32,000 nucleotides of DNA from Alkanindiges sp. WGS2144 (GTDB lineage Bacteria; Pseudomonadota; Gammaproteobacteria; Pseudomonadales; Moraxellaceae), in assembly GCF_043950625.1 (NCBI RefSeq), contig NZ_CP171007.1. The stretch is one strand, 5' to 3'. Position numbers and translations under genes: made by a program. Under the pieces are notes generated by a model. The model saw only the letters and a list, made by a program, of their open reading frames with translations. It had not been told where the DNA came from and ran no database searches. Of this stretch, positions 10,382-19,848 are shown one piece after another. Every line of letters begins with the position of its first letter. Positions within the stretch are counted from its first letter, which is position 1.

Positions 10382-10813
10382 TCAGGCAGGCCACAACGGG
10401 GGCTTGGGCTGTTCCAGCACGGGGGGTTGATAAAAAGCCAGACTAAATGGCCATTGTTTTAGTACATAATCGTGAGCGTGCAAAACCAGCGTTAAGGGTG
10501 CCAGTAAAGGATTTAAGGCGGGCTGATTGCCGGTCAGATGGTCACTATGGCTAGTTAGACTAAAGCCATGGGAAGGATTGGTTTTTTTATATTCATTCAG
10601 GGTGTCAGGATGATTTGAAGCCGTATCACTGCTAGCAGCGCTTTGTGCCTGATTCCATAGTCTGGTCTGCTGACATGGTGCATCTGCCATATGCTGATGG
10701 TGTCCCCAATGACGGGGTGTATCGTTTTCATGCTGACAGAACACTGCCGCCGCACTCCAGGCAACCTGTAGCGGCAGTAACAGCATGAGCAAGAAAACCA
10801 GCATTTTTTTCAT
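10382..10813 (-). CDS. small secreted His/Cys-containing protein, CzcI-like accessory protein of the czc operon (start uncertain)
   Basis: A signal peptide (MKKMLVFLLMLLLPLQVAWSAAA) is followed by VFCQHENDTPRHWGHHQHMADAPCQ. The gene lies directly upstream of czcC, as czcI does in known czc loci. The N-terminal 33 aa of the maximal ORF (to 10912) look non-genic. Alternative ATGs are at 10819 and 10804. Confidence 0.5.
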   Translation of the reverse strand: MKKMLVFLLMLLLPLQVAWSAAAVFCQHENDTPRHWGHHQHMADAPCQQTRLWNQAQSAASSDTASNHPDTLNEYKKTNPSHGFSLTSHSDHLTGNQPALNPLLAPLTLVLHAHDYVLKQWPFSLAFYQPPVLEQPKPPLWPA

Positions 10814-10819
10814 GACCAT

Positions 10820-10848
10820 AGCATAGAGGCAAAACGTCAACTGGTCAA
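10820..10848 (-). promoter_or_regulatory. candidate sigma70 promoter of the czc operon
   Basis: The minus strand reads TTGACC (10848-10843), a 17-nt spacer, then TATGCT (10825-10820). The predicted transcription start falls at about 10813, on the candidate start codon. Confidence 0.35.
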
Positions 10849-10939
10849 AATGATTTAGGCAGGATGTTACAAGGACTTGCGGCTGGGTGAAACATGAGAG
10901 GTGCTGCCTCACAAGACAAGCAAAGCGAAGTGGCTCCGC

Positions 10940-11575
10940 TTATCCAGCCTCATCCCGATAAATGAATTTAGGCATTTCCCACTGCCGTTTAATCGCCAGC
11001 ATACGAAAGCCAAAACCAAATATCAGCGTGATAATCAGACTTAAATTAGTACTTATATTCAGCTCCAGGCACAACAAATAACACCATGCACTGGCAAAGG
11101 ACACACTGGCATACAATTCGCGCCGAAATACCAGCGGTACATCATTACATAAGGTATCGCGCAAAATACCACCAAACACCCCGGTCATTACCCCACTCAC
11201 CACCGCAATCACATAGCTGTGCTGCATTTCCAGCGCCACCTGACAGCCAATCAGGGTAAAACAAATCAAACCCAGCGCATCTAGTGCCAAAAACAGGTTG
11301 CGCAAATGCTTCATCCATTTAGCAACCAGAATAGTAAATAATGCCGCCGCCGCAGTTAAGACCAGATACTCTGGATGCGCGACCCAGGTTAGCGGATAAT
11401 GCCCTAACAGCACATCACGTACCGAACCACCACCTAGCGCGGTGACACAGGCAATCAATACCACCCCAAACCAGTCCATACTGCGCCGCCCCGCTGATAA
11501 GGCGCCAGTCATGGCCTCAGCCGTAATGGCAATAATATAAATTACAGTGAGCAACATGACAGGTGTCCAGTGCAC
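10940..11575 (-). CDS. UPF0126 (YadS/YicG) trimeric intracellular cation channel-like membrane protein
   Basis: 211 aa with two internal repeats, each bearing the glycine-rich motif (ALGGGSVRDVLLG and GVFGGILRDTLCN) characteristic of UPF0126/TRIC-type proteins. Confidence 0.7.
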   Translation of the reverse strand: MHWTPVMLLTVIYIIAITAEAMTGALSAGRRSMDWFGVVLIACVTALGGGSVRDVLLGHYPLTWVAHPEYLVLTAAAALFTILVAKWMKHLRNLFLALDALGLICFTLIGCQVALEMQHSYVIAVVSGVMTGVFGGILRDTLCNDVPLVFRRELYASVSFASAWCYLLCLELNISTNLSLIITLIFGFGFRMLAIKRQWEMPKFIYRDEAG

Positions 11576-11603
11576 TTGGCAGTAGAAAATGGGCGTATTT
11601 TAC

Positions 11604-12074
11604 TCAAACTTTAGCCAAAAAAAAGGCACAACAGCGTTTAAATTTCTGGCCGCTGCCACACAGGCATGGTGATTTTAGGCTTAACGAACACGCGACTGTA
11701 GGGTCTAAAAAATACCAGCGCCCAGCAATACGCACAAAGCTGGAATGCTCATGATGATGCTGTTCACCGCTGTGATCTCTAAACCGGGCAATACACTCAA
11801 CCTTTGCATGCTGGGGCTTGAGCGCAGGCTGTACAGATACAATGCTTAAACCCAGCCACTGGTTTTGCGTGCTCCAGTCCCGTATTGCCGCCATATCCAG
11901 CAAACCCTGCTGCGCCGATACCGTAGTGTTAATAATATATTCAATATTACCCACAACATATGCACTATAACGCGAGCGCATCAATTGCTCAGCTGAATGG
12001 GCAGGTACGCCCAGGTGCAACAGCTGACAACATTGGGCAAAAGACTGGTTACTCCCACAGGGACACACTTGCAT
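11604..12074 (-). CDS. ychJ: YchJ-family protein (UPF0225) with SEC-C metal-binding motifs at both termini
   Basis: 156 aa with an N-terminal CPCGSNQSFAQCC and a C-terminal CLCGSGQKFKRCC. A GGAG Shine-Dalgarno sequence lies upstream of the ATG at 12074. Confidence 0.75.
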   Translation of the reverse strand: MQVCPCGSNQSFAQCCQLLHLGVPAHSAEQLMRSRYSAYVVGNIEYIINTTVSAQQGLLDMAAIRDWSTQNQWLGLSIVSVQPALKPQHAKVECIARFRDHSGEQHHHEHSSFVRIAGRWYFLDPTVACSLSLKSPCLCGSGQKFKRCCAFFLAKV

Positions 12075-12430
12075 GTATTTGCTCCAGTTAAAGCAGGGAT
12101 ATCAGCATTTTCAAACTCAGCAGCATTAGCAGAATACCGTGCCATTGGCATGATGCGCCCAGAGAAATAAAGGCTAACACCCATGCTACCGCCATGCTTT
12201 TCCTCATAGATTGATATACTTTACCAGATCAGTATTATGGCAAATCAGGAGTTGTCTTTTATAACTTCATATAAAATGCACGCAACTATTTAACAAGTAA
12301 GCTTTTGTTTAATAAAGCATTTATTAAGGAAGGCGCTGACTGCATCGCCACCTGCCACCCTTTACACTGACAGAGCAGCAACTGCATGCCTAGGCCTGCC
12401 AGATGACCAGCAGGCTGTGCTCATGCTCAA

Positions 12431-14014
12431 TTATTCCGGTAAAACCTCATCGGTATTTATGGCGGGGGAGATTTTTACCTTTTCAATCCGGCGACTATCC
12501 ATCGACATGATCTCAAACACCAGCCCATCATTGACCAGCTTTTCACCCTGCTCAGGCAAATGCCCCAAATGCAGCAGCAAATAACCAGTCAGCGTGGAAT
12601 ACTGTTCAGCATCATCCACCAGATCTATGTCAGTAAGCAAAGATACCCGGCGGATATCGCTTGAACCATCTACCAACCAGGAACCATCCTCCAGCTGAAT
12701 CTCATAGCCCTCGTCGTCATGCTCGTCGGGAAACTCACCGGCAATAGCTTCTAAAATATCAATCGGCGTGGCAATCCCTTCAATAGAACCGTATTCATTT
12801 AAAATAATGGCCATTTGCAAAGGTGCCTGACGCAACTGTTCCATCAAGCTCAGCACCTTGATATTTTCATGCACCACCAGCGGCTGACGCATGCTGTCCT
12901 TTATACCAAGCTCGCCTCTTTCTACATAATTGTTGAGCAGGCTATGATTTAAGGCAATACCTTCAAGGTTATCCAGGCTATTTCGGGCTAGCAGTAATCG
13001 CGAGTGACTCATATTCATAATCTGCTGGCGGATAAAATCCTCGCCCTCATCCAGGTCAATCCACTCAATATCGGGGCGCGGCGTCATAATCGATTTAACC
13101 GGACGCTCCGCCAGGCTCAGCACACCCTGAATCATGCCTTTTTCTTCAGATGAAAACACCTCATTGGCCAGTGCTTCCTTAGCCAGCATGTCGGCAGTTT
13201 CACCCAGCTCAACCGGCTCGGCATCTATCCGTTTGCCGCCCAGCAAGCGCAGGACAGCATCGGCAGTACGTTCGCGCAAGTCGCTCGTGGTAATCATGCG
13301 CTCACGATTGCGCCGTGCGGCTTGGTTAAATGCCTCGACCAGTACGGAAAAGCCAATGGCGGCGTACAGATAACCCTTGGGAATATGAAAACCAAAACCT
13401 TCAATAATGAGAGAAAAACCAATCATCATTAGAAAGCCAAGGCACAGGATAACCACTGTCGGATGACGGGCGACAAAGCTCATTAGTGGCTTAGAAGCCA
13501 GCATCATAATCCCGATGGCAATAGTGACTGCAATCATCATGATGGATAAATGCTGCACCATGCCCACTGCCGTAATCACACTATCCAGTGAGAATACAGC
13601 ATCCAGCACAACAATCTGGGCAATCACCACCCAAAAGGCAGCATGTACCACGTTGCCTTCCTTGGGCGCCTGACGGCCCTCCAGCCGCTCATGTAGCTCC
13701 ATGGTGCCCTTAAATAGCAGGAACACACCGCCAAAAATTAAAATAAGATCACGGCCTGAAAAAGGATAACCCTGAATCTCAAATAAAGGCTCGGTTAGAG
13801 TAACAATCCAGGCAATAGAACCTAAAAGCGCAAAGCGCATGAATAGCGCCAGTCCCAGACCAATGAGTCTCGCCTTATTGCGTTGCTCGGGAGGCAGTTT
13901 TTCGGCCAAGATGGCAATAAATACCAGGTTATCAATACCCAGTACAATTTCCAGCACCACGAGCGTGGCAAGGCCAGCCCAGGCAGAAGGGTCAGAAATC
14001 CACTCAAATAGCAT
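12431..14014 (-). CDS. TerC-family integral membrane protein fused to CBS-pair and CorC/HlyC C-terminal domains (YoaE-like)
   Basis: 527 aa. The N-terminal half has TerC-type TM helices ([34 protein letters not shown]). The C-terminal half has the CBS pair and transporter-associated domain pattern ([14 protein letters not shown]...[15 protein letters not shown]...[27 protein letters not shown]). A GGAGGA Shine-Dalgarno sequence lies upstream. Confidence 0.8.
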   Translation of the reverse strand: MLFEWISDPSAWAGLATLVVLEIVLGIDNLVFIAILAEKLPPEQRNKARLIGLGLALFMRFALLGSIAWIVTLTEPLFEIQGYPFSGRDLILIFGGVFLLFKGTMELHERLEGRQAPKEGNVVHAAFWVVIAQIVVLDAVFSLDSVITAVGMVQHLSIMMIAVTIAIGIMMLASKPLMSFVARHPTVVILCLGFLMMIGFSLIIEGFGFHIPKGYLYAAIGFSVLVEAFNQAARRNRERMITTSDLRERTADAVLRLLGGKRIDAEPVELGETADMLAKEALANEVFSSEEKGMIQGVLSLAERPVKSIMTPRPDIEWIDLDEGEDFIRQQIMNMSHSRLLLARNSLDNLEGIALNHSLLNNYVERGELGIKDSMRQPLVVHENIKVLSLMEQLRQAPLQMAIILNEYGSIEGIATPIDILEAIAGEFPDEHDDEGYEIQLEDGSWLVDGSSDIRRVSLLTDIDLVDDAEQYSTLTGYLLLHLGHLPEQGEKLVNDGLVFEIMSMDSRRIEKVKISPAINTDEVLPE

Positions 14015-14363
14015 ATGCTGTCCTCCAGTCAGGGCAGCAGGATAATGTCGTAATGATCAGACAGCACGCTATCTGAAAACCAGTTAGGGGACGACAAAAT
14101 GCGGCAGGAAGGTCTACACCATCAGAACAATAACGTGTTAAGGGACAACAGCCACTACTCATAAGACAAGATTTCTGACTAAAGTAAATTGCAGTATAAA
14201 ACAGGATTTAACCCGGCTTCATTAATTATTTTTCATCAGGTTCAGCTAAATTATGTTACTAATCATGTTTAAGCATGATAAAGCGCCCGGTTAATAATGC
14301 TTATCCACGCTAGAACCAGGTTGCGATTTCAGCTTAAGCAGGGTTCTTCAAAAGCAACTCATA

Positions 14364-14400
14364 TAAAAAAAGTCCCTAGAGTATGAATACCTTAGGGACT
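14364..14400 (-). terminator. intrinsic terminator downstream of tRNA-Phe
   Basis: The minus strand reads AGTCCCTAAG-gtattcatact-CTAGGGACT followed by TTTTTTT. The stem arms are 14371-14378 and 14393-14400, and the T run corresponds to 14365-14370. Confidence 0.75.
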
Positions 14401-14409
14401 TTTAAAATT

Positions 14410-14485
14410 TGGTGGCGTGAGGCAGGATCGAACTGCCGACACACGGATTTTCAATCCGTTGCTCTACCGACTGAGCTATCGCGCC
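14410..14485 (-). tRNA. tRNA-Phe (anticodon GAA)
   Basis: The reverse complement is GGCGCGATAGCTCAGTCGGTAGAGCAACGGATTGAAAATCCGTGTGTCGGCAGTTCGATCCTGCCTCACGCCACCA. I folded the cloverleaf by hand: D arm GCTC/GAGC, anticodon loop TTGAAAA, T arm GGCAG-TTCGATC-CTGCC, and an encoded CCA. The acceptor stem has one C5-A68 mismatch. Confidence 0.9.
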
Positions 14486-14495
14486 ATGGGTCGCA

Positions 14496-14524
14496 ATTAA
14501 ATACAAATCGCCGATTCAAGTCAA
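14496..14524 (-). promoter_or_regulatory. sigma70 promoter of tRNA-Phe
   Basis: The minus strand reads TTGACT (14524-14519), a 17-nt spacer, then TTTAAT (14501-14496). The -10 element ends 10 nt upstream of the mature tRNA 5' end. Confidence 0.55.
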
Positions 14525-14584
14525 GTGCTATTGTTAAAAAACCGCGCTTATGCCTCTTTTTTAAACAGCCAGCGAGATATCCCG

Positions 14585-14962
14585 TTAAATTTTACCCAAA
14601 TGGGACAAACAACGATGAATGGCTCCGCAGCCAGGCTTAAATTCGCTCACACCCTTTTGCTCTTCTGCCTGACACACCCCCTCAATGAGACGCTCAGCCA
14701 CACCGCGTCCACGGTTGGAAGGATGAACTACAACATAATGTACCAGACGGCTCTGACCTTCTCCACTGACCCACACCGCCCCTATAACCTTCTGGTTGAA
14801 CTCGGCGGTATAAATCAGACTGCCCTGCTGCATGGCATCTTGCAACTGCTCAACGGCATCTTCACCGTCACCAAACTCGGGACTGGTGTCATATAGTTTT
14901 TTAAGCTGATCACGCAGGTTTTCATCCTGCAAATCAACATGAGCGTGAACAGTAATTGGCAT
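14585..14962 (-). CDS. small GNAT-fold protein, PanZ (acetyl-CoA sensor)-like
   Basis: 125 aa. By eye it aligns with my recollection of E. coli PanZ/YhhK (IYTAEFNQKVIGAVWV versus IYAARFNERLLAAVRV). An acetyl-CoA-binding R-G-R-G-V-A motif (NRGRGVAERLI) is present. A GGAAG Shine-Dalgarno sequence lies upstream. Confidence 0.5.
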   Translation of the reverse strand: MPITVHAHVDLQDENLRDQLKKLYDTSPEFGDGEDAVEQLQDAMQQGSLIYTAEFNQKVIGAVWVSGEGQSRLVHYVVVHPSNRGRGVAERLIEGVCQAEEQKGVSEFKPGCGAIHRCLSHLGKI

Positions 14963-15066
14963 GACAATACTTCCTATAAATCTTCCTGGTTCAATTCACT
15001 GTAGCAAAGGCTTCCCCATGCCGCCAGAGAATACGCTATAATTAATGTTTTTCAGGAGTTTTGTCG

Positions 15067-15660
15067 ATGGCGGAACGTGTCAGTGAAGTGGTGCGCAACA
15101 CCAACGAAACGCAAATCCGGGTGCGCGTCAATCTGGATGGCACTGGAAAAGGCAATTTAGCAACTGGTGTTGCCTTTTTGGATCATATGATTGATCAGAT
15201 CGTACGCCACGGCTTATTCGATATTGACATCGAATGCAAGGGCGACCTGGATATTGACGACCACCACACCGTAGAAGATTGTGGCATTACTCTGGGCCAG
15301 GCTTTTGCCAAGGCATTAGGGGATAAAAAAGGCATCCGCCGCTATGGAAATTTTTATGCACCGCTGGATGAAGCCCTGTCCCGCGTGGTAGTAGATATTT
15401 CCGGACGTCCCGGTTTGTTTATGGATATTCCCTTTACCCGCGCCCGGGTAGGAACCTTTGATGTTGACCTGTTCTCTGAGTTTTTTCAGGGCTTTGTCAA
15501 CCATGCGCTCATGACCCTGCATATTGACAATCTGAAGGGCAAAAACAGCCACCACCAGATTGAAAGCGTGTTTAAGGCCTTTGCCCGGGCACTGCGTATG
15601 GCCTGTGAAGCCGATCCGCGTGCCGCAGGAACCATTGCCTCCACTAAGGGTAGCCTATAA
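15067..15660 (+). CDS. hisB: imidazoleglycerol-phosphate dehydratase HisB (monofunctional)
   Basis: IGPD motifs are present ([38 protein letters not shown]). I place the start at the ATG at 15067, with an AGGAG 8 nt upstream. The TTG at 15061 used by the ORF track is too close to that Shine-Dalgarno sequence. Confidence 0.9.
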   Translation: MAERVSEVVRNTNETQIRVRVNLDGTGKGNLATGVAFLDHMIDQIVRHGLFDIDIECKGDLDIDDHHTVEDCGITLGQAFAKALGDKKGIRRYGNFYAPLDEALSRVVVDISGRPGLFMDIPFTRARVGTFDVDLFSEFFQGFVNHALMTLHIDNLKGKNSHHQIESVFKAFARALRMACEADPRAAGTIASTKGSL

Positions 15661-16290
15661 ATGAGTCAAGCCCCAACACGCATTGCCCTGCTGGACTATG
15701 GCATGGGAAACCTGCATTCAGCAGCCAAGGCACTGGAATACGTCGGCGCAACCGTTGATGTGACCAATGATCCGGCCATGATTGCACGCGCTGATAAAAT
15801 CATGTTCCCCGGTGTGGGTGCCATGCGTGACTGTATGACAGGCATGCAGGAAGTCGGGGTAGACGAAGCAGTGAGGCAGGCTGTGTTCAACAAGCCGGTG
15901 CTGGCCATTTGTGTGGGTATGCAGGCCTTGATGCAGCGCTCACAGGAAAATGGCGGTGTCGGCTGCCTGAGTATCTTTGACGGCTCAGTATTGCGCTTTC
16001 CTGAACAGACAGATTTAAAAGTGCCGCATATGGGCTGGAATCAGGTACATCAGACCGATCCTGCCCATCCACTGTGGCGCAATATTGCCCAGGATAGCCG
16101 CTTTTACTTTGTACACAGCTTTTATGTACAGCCTGACAATCCGGCTATTGTGGCAGCCACCTGTGACTATGGCCTGCCGTTTGCCTGTGCCTTAAATCAG
16201 GACAACCTGTTTGCAGTACAGTTTCATCCGGAAAAAAGCCATACCGCTGGATTGCAGTTATTAAAGAATTTCGTGGAATGGAATATCTAA
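15661..16290 (+). CDS. hisH: imidazole glycerol phosphate synthase, glutamine amidotransferase subunit HisH
   Basis: Class I GATase pattern: [13 protein letters not shown], a catalytic Cys in LAICVGMQ, and [10 protein letters not shown]. The gene starts directly after the hisB stop. Confidence 0.9.
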   Translation: MSQAPTRIALLDYGMGNLHSAAKALEYVGATVDVTNDPAMIARADKIMFPGVGAMRDCMTGMQEVGVDEAVRQAVFNKPVLAICVGMQALMQRSQENGGVGCLSIFDGSVLRFPEQTDLKVPHMGWNQVHQTDPAHPLWRNIAQDSRFYFVHSFYVQPDNPAIVAATCDYGLPFACALNQDNLFAVQFHPEKSHTAGLQLLKNFVEWNI

Positions 16291-16325
16291 ACTGTACTAT
16301 TTATTATTTTTGAGGAAAACCTGCC

Positions 16326-17060
16326 ATGCTGATTATTCCTGCCATTGACCTAAAAGACGGCAAGTGTGTGCGCCTAAAACAGGGACGTATGGAAGACGAT
16401 ACCGTTTTTTCTGACGATCCGGTAGCCACTGCCACTCACTGGGTCAATGAAGGTGCACGCCGCCTGCACCTGGTAGACTTAAACGGTGCTTTTGCCGGCA
16501 CACCCATCCATAAAAATGTGGTGGAAGCCATTGCCAATGCCCACCCGGAACTGCCGATCCAGATTGGTGGCGGCATCCGCTCGCTGGATACGATTCGTCA
16601 CTATCTGGAAGCCGGGGTTTCCTTTGTGATTATTGGCACCAAAGCCGCCAAGGAGCCGGAGTTTGTAGAGCAAGCCTGTAAGGAATTTGCTGGCCGGATT
16701 ATTGTAGGTATTGATGCTAAAGATGGCATGGTCGCAACCGATGGCTGGGCCAATGTCACTGATGTTAAAGCCACTGAGCTGGCCAAGCGCTTTGCAGATG
16801 CTGGTGTATCCAGCATCGTATATACTGACATCGCCCGTGATGGCATGATGCAAGGCGTGAATGTTGAGCAAACCATACAGCTGGCTGACTATTGTGGATT
16901 ACCGGTTATTGCATCTGGTGGGGTGACCAACCTGGATGATATTCGCCAGCTTAAGGGCAAAAAAGGCATTCTGGGCGTGATCACTGGCCGCGCAATTTAC
17001 GAAGGCAGCCTAAGTTTACGCGAAGCCCAATTATTGCTGGATGATCTGCTAGACGTATAA
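16326..17060 (+). CDS. hisA: ProFAR isomerase HisA
   Basis: [17 protein letters not shown]..., [18 protein letters not shown] and [11 protein letters not shown] match the HisA (beta/alpha)8 barrel signature. Confidence 0.9.
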   Translation: MLIIPAIDLKDGKCVRLKQGRMEDDTVFSDDPVATATHWVNEGARRLHLVDLNGAFAGTPIHKNVVEAIANAHPELPIQIGGGIRSLDTIRHYLEAGVSFVIIGTKAAKEPEFVEQACKEFAGRIIVGIDAKDGMVATDGWANVTDVKATELAKRFADAGVSSIVYTDIARDGMMQGVNVEQTIQLADYCGLPVIASGGVTNLDDIRQLKGKKGILGVITGRAIYEGSLSLREAQLLLDDLLDV

Positions 17061-17147
17061 ATAGGTAATACAGCAAAATGCCCAGTCGCTAATCCCACGG
17101 GACTGGGCCATATCACTTTATATTAGAACGCTGCTAGACAAAAATAA

Positions 17148-17537
17148 TTACTGCATAGGCTTATTATCACTTAAGGCCAGTAAGCCACGTATGGCACGGT
17201 ACAGCACCCAGAACCACGACAGCAATATCACTGCAATACAAAAACCAAGTGCGCCAAGGGCTTGTTCAGCAATCTGGCTTTCATTTTGACCACTGAAAAA
17301 TATAAACACCAGCGGCACAAATGCAGCCATATTCCAGAACAAATACCACCAGAAGGTGCGAATTTGCCAACTAAAATGACTCTCAAACAATGTACCCTGC
17401 ACATCACGTCGTTTGGCATAATTAATGATGAGTGCCACCACTGCCAGTATGCCCGCAGTCACAATGGCCGAAAGATAAAGTACATATAAAACCATGGTTA
17501 GGTTTTTTTGTGACTGGTAACGAGAATCCTGAATCAT
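17148..17537 (-). CDS. small integral membrane protein (3-4 TM, DUF4870-like), function unknown
   Basis: 129 aa with hydrophobic helices (VLYVLYLSAIVTAGILAVVALII, FWWYLFWNMAAFVPLVFIFF, LGALGFCIAVILLSWFWVLY). I recognise no catalytic motif. Confidence 0.55.
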   Translation of the reverse strand: MIQDSRYQSQKNLTMVLYVLYLSAIVTAGILAVVALIINYAKRRDVQGTLFESHFSWQIRTFWWYLFWNMAAFVPLVFIFFSGQNESQIAEQALGALGFCIAVILLSWFWVLYRAIRGLLALSDNKPMQ

Positions 17538-17673
17538 AATTTAACCTTTCTTGATCAACCGGTAGCAGCCTGGTGATTGAGCTACATTTTACCCTGTACA
17601 ATTTGACCAGACATTTAGCTGTCTTCCTTATAGCATGCCCTTTAATCAACTTCTTTGATGATGCATGGGTTAT

Positions 17674-18642
17674 TTATTCCAGATGACACATGGCAAGGGG
17701 CGATTGTAGACGATCCTGTAGCATACTTTGCATTTCCAGCGGGTCTTTTTGCAGAATATCCTCCCCTGTGCGTTTTTCTTGCTGGTTGCGCAGCTGGATT
17801 TGCAAGCGTGATAACCAGAAACGACACGCTGCCATAGCCAGATAAATAGGCAGAGCCTGTTGCTCATCCGGTGTTAACGGTCTAATCGTATGATAGCTTT
17901 GTAAAAAAACCTGCGCTTTATGCGGGTCAAGGCTCACCTTGGGCCAGTCACTACAAAAATCATTGATCGCAATAGCAATATCCAGCAAAAGCTCATCCAC
18001 ACTCAGTTCGGAGAAATCCAGCACGCCACTGAGCTGCTCGCCTGCAAACAACGTATTATCACGAAACAAATCTCCATGAATCAATCCAACCGGACGATCC
18101 GGATAATGCTGCTGAGCTTGCTGAAACTGCACAAACACCTGATCCAGTAACGCCTGATCATCCGCGGATAGTCGGGTTTGTAGCTGCATTTTGGTATTCT
18201 GCCACCAGTCCTGACCATGGTTATTCGTGCGATGCAAGGGATAATTGCCAAGCAATACATGAATATGTGCCAGTGTGCTGGCAATCTGCTCAATTTGCAC
18301 CAAGGACGGCTGCATTGGGTGCTGGCCCGTCAGGCGAGGCGCCAGTTGTACTGGTTTATTATCAATAAAATTAACCAGATGACCCTGTAAATCAGGTACA
18401 GGCGAGGCCACTTGAATCCCCTGCTGCTTGAGATAGGTCAGCAGGGGCAGCAGCTCCTGTAAATCAATAAAATCAAGCTGCTCAAAAATGGTCAGTACCA
18501 TTTCCGGCGCAGTTTCAAACTGTACAAAATAGTTGCTATTTTCAATACCGGACTGAATGGGCGTCAATGCCGTAACAGTATAGCCATACTGGCTGGCCAG
18601 TTGCTGGGCTTGCTGTAAGGTAACTGGAGTATAAACCGACAT
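17674..18642 (-). CDS. thrB: homoserine kinase, pseudomonad/APH-fold type ThrB
   Basis: 322 aa. MSVYTPVT...GIENSNYFV...LIHGDLFRDNTLF...GVLDF matches the phosphotransferase-family ThrB (Brenner motif HGDLxxDN, then DF). Confidence 0.8.
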   Translation of the reverse strand: MSVYTPVTLQQAQQLASQYGYTVTALTPIQSGIENSNYFVQFETAPEMVLTIFEQLDFIDLQELLPLLTYLKQQGIQVASPVPDLQGHLVNFIDNKPVQLAPRLTGQHPMQPSLVQIEQIASTLAHIHVLLGNYPLHRTNNHGQDWWQNTKMQLQTRLSADDQALLDQVFVQFQQAQQHYPDRPVGLIHGDLFRDNTLFAGEQLSGVLDFSELSVDELLLDIAIAINDFCSDWPKVSLDPHKAQVFLQSYHTIRPLTPDEQQALPIYLAMAACRFWLSRLQIQLRNQQEKRTGEDILQKDPLEMQSMLQDRLQSPLAMCHLE

Positions 18643-18676
18643 AATGCTTGGCCTATGATTTTTTTAAGCACTTATT

Positions 18677-18685
18677 TGCTAGAAT
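18677..18685 (+). promoter_or_regulatory. candidate extended -10 promoter element for hisF
   Basis: TGcTAGAAT at 18677-18685, 69 nt upstream of the hisF ATG. There is no good -35 element. Confidence 0.3.
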
Positions 18686-18753
18686 AGCCTGTCTTGTACG
18701 ATTTTGCGTATGTTTCTTTTTGTCTTACTTCTCAATTAAAAGCGGACATTGCT

Positions 18754-19512
18754 ATGCTGGCCAAACGTATTATTCCCTGTCTTGATGTTGATAATGGCCG
18801 CGTGGTTAAAGGCGTGCAATTCGTTGATATCCGCGATGCTGGCGACCCGGTTGAAGTGGCACGCCGCTACAATGAACAGGGAGCAGATGAAATCACTTTC
18901 CTGGACATTACCGCCACCCATCATGGCCGTGATACCACTTACCGTACCGTAGAACGCATGGCAGAAACGGTGTTTGTACCGCTTACTGTGGGTGGCGGTG
19001 TACGCAAACTGGAGGATATCCGCCAGTTGCTCAATGCAGGGGCTGACAAGGTGAGTATTAATTCAGCCGCGGTGTTTACTCCCGAGTTTGTGGGCGAGGC
19101 GTCTAGCCGCTTTGGGGCGCAATGTATTGTAGTCGCCATTGATGCCAAGCAGGTGGGTGACAACAAGTGGGAAATCTTTACCCATGGTGGCCGCAAACCC
19201 ACAGGTATTGATGCCGTGGAATGGGCCATCAAAATGGCAAACCTTGGTGCAGGCGAGTTGCTGGTTACTAGTATGGATGCAGATGGTACCAAAGCCGGTT
19301 ATGATCTGGGCTTAATGAAGCATATCACCTCAAGCGTCAATGTTCCGGTAATTGCCTCTGGCGGCGTGGGGAATTTACAGCATTTGGCAGAGGGTATTTT
19401 ACAAGGTGGGGCGGATGCAGTACTGGCAGCCAGTATTTTTCATTTTGGTCAGCATACCATTCCAGAAGCAAAAGCCTACCTGGCCGCCCACGGCATTGAA
19501 ATGCGCCTGTAA
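18754..19512 (+). CDS. hisF: imidazole glycerol phosphate synthase cyclase subunit HisF
   Basis: [23 protein letters not shown]..., TVGGGVR, VVAIDAK and [11 protein letters not shown] are present. I place the start at the ATG at 18754, which gives the conserved HisF N-terminus. The ORF-track start at 18694 adds 20 non-conserved residues. Confidence 0.9.
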   Translation: MLAKRIIPCLDVDNGRVVKGVQFVDIRDAGDPVEVARRYNEQGADEITFLDITATHHGRDTTYRTVERMAETVFVPLTVGGGVRKLEDIRQLLNAGADKVSINSAAVFTPEFVGEASSRFGAQCIVVAIDAKQVGDNKWEIFTHGGRKPTGIDAVEWAIKMANLGAGELLVTSMDADGTKAGYDLGLMKHITSSVNVPVIASGGVGNLQHLAEGILQGGADAVLAASIFHFGQHTIPEAKAYLAAHGIEMRL

Positions 19513-19525
19513 TTTAAATGCTAGA

Positions 19526-19553
19526 GAGCCTGTTAAAAACAGGTTCTTTTTTT
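19526..19553 (+). terminator. intrinsic terminator after hisF
   Basis: GAGCCTGTT-aaa-AACAGGTTC (9 bp including one G-U pair) followed by TTTTTTT. Confidence 0.7.
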
Positions 19554-19565
19554 ATCCACTCCAGT

Positions 19566-19826
19566 TTAATTCTCATCATTATCCAAAAACGGATTTCTGA
19601 CCATTTTCGCGCTAAAAATCTCAACCTGCTCAGGCAGATCCTGCTCCTCCAAATAGGCCACCATATCATTAATAATGGCCTGTAACTTTTTTGCCTGTGC
19701 CAATCCTTGTTGGTCACGACCAATATTCATTGAGCCGTACATACTCACTCGCTCATCATTATTTTCAAAGGTCAGATCACCAATGGCAAAGCTTGCCGTA
19801 TTGTCCTCAAAAGGCCGAAAACTCAT
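19566..19826 (-). CDS. small acidic cytoplasmic protein of unknown function, likely co-transcribed with the upstream nuclease gene
   Basis: 86 aa with no signal peptide, 16 Asp/Glu versus 7 Lys/Arg by hand count. A GGGAGAG Shine-Dalgarno sequence lies 5 nt upstream of the ATG. The gap to the nuclease stop is only 22 nt. Confidence 0.6.
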   Translation of the reverse strand: MSFRPFEDNTASFAIGDLTFENNDERVSMYGSMNIGRDQQGLAQAKKLQAIINDMVAYLEEQDLPEQVEIFSAKMVRNPFLDNDEN

Positions 19827-19848
19827 TTAACTCTCCCACACTTATCAT

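Noticed and set aside
14015-14170. Canonical yybP-ykoY Mn2+ riboswitch call upstream of the TerC-family gene
   Set aside because: GAGUAG-like and AGACCUUCC-like fragments exist. However, the GGGGAGUAG core, the UUGACA element and the P1 pairing are absent or out of order. I kept only the broader open question as a low-interest finding.
14383-14896. Plus-strand ORFs 14383..14640 and 14525..14896
   Set aside because: The first runs through the reverse complement of tRNA-Phe. The second is antisense to the PanZ-like GNAT gene. Neither has translation signals.
17061-17147. Hairpin GCCCAGTC...GACTGGGC (17080-17108) between convergent hisA and the membrane-protein gene, considered as a terminator
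   Set aside because: It has an 8-bp stem but a 13-nt loop and no T tract on either side. That is not enough to call an intrinsic terminator.
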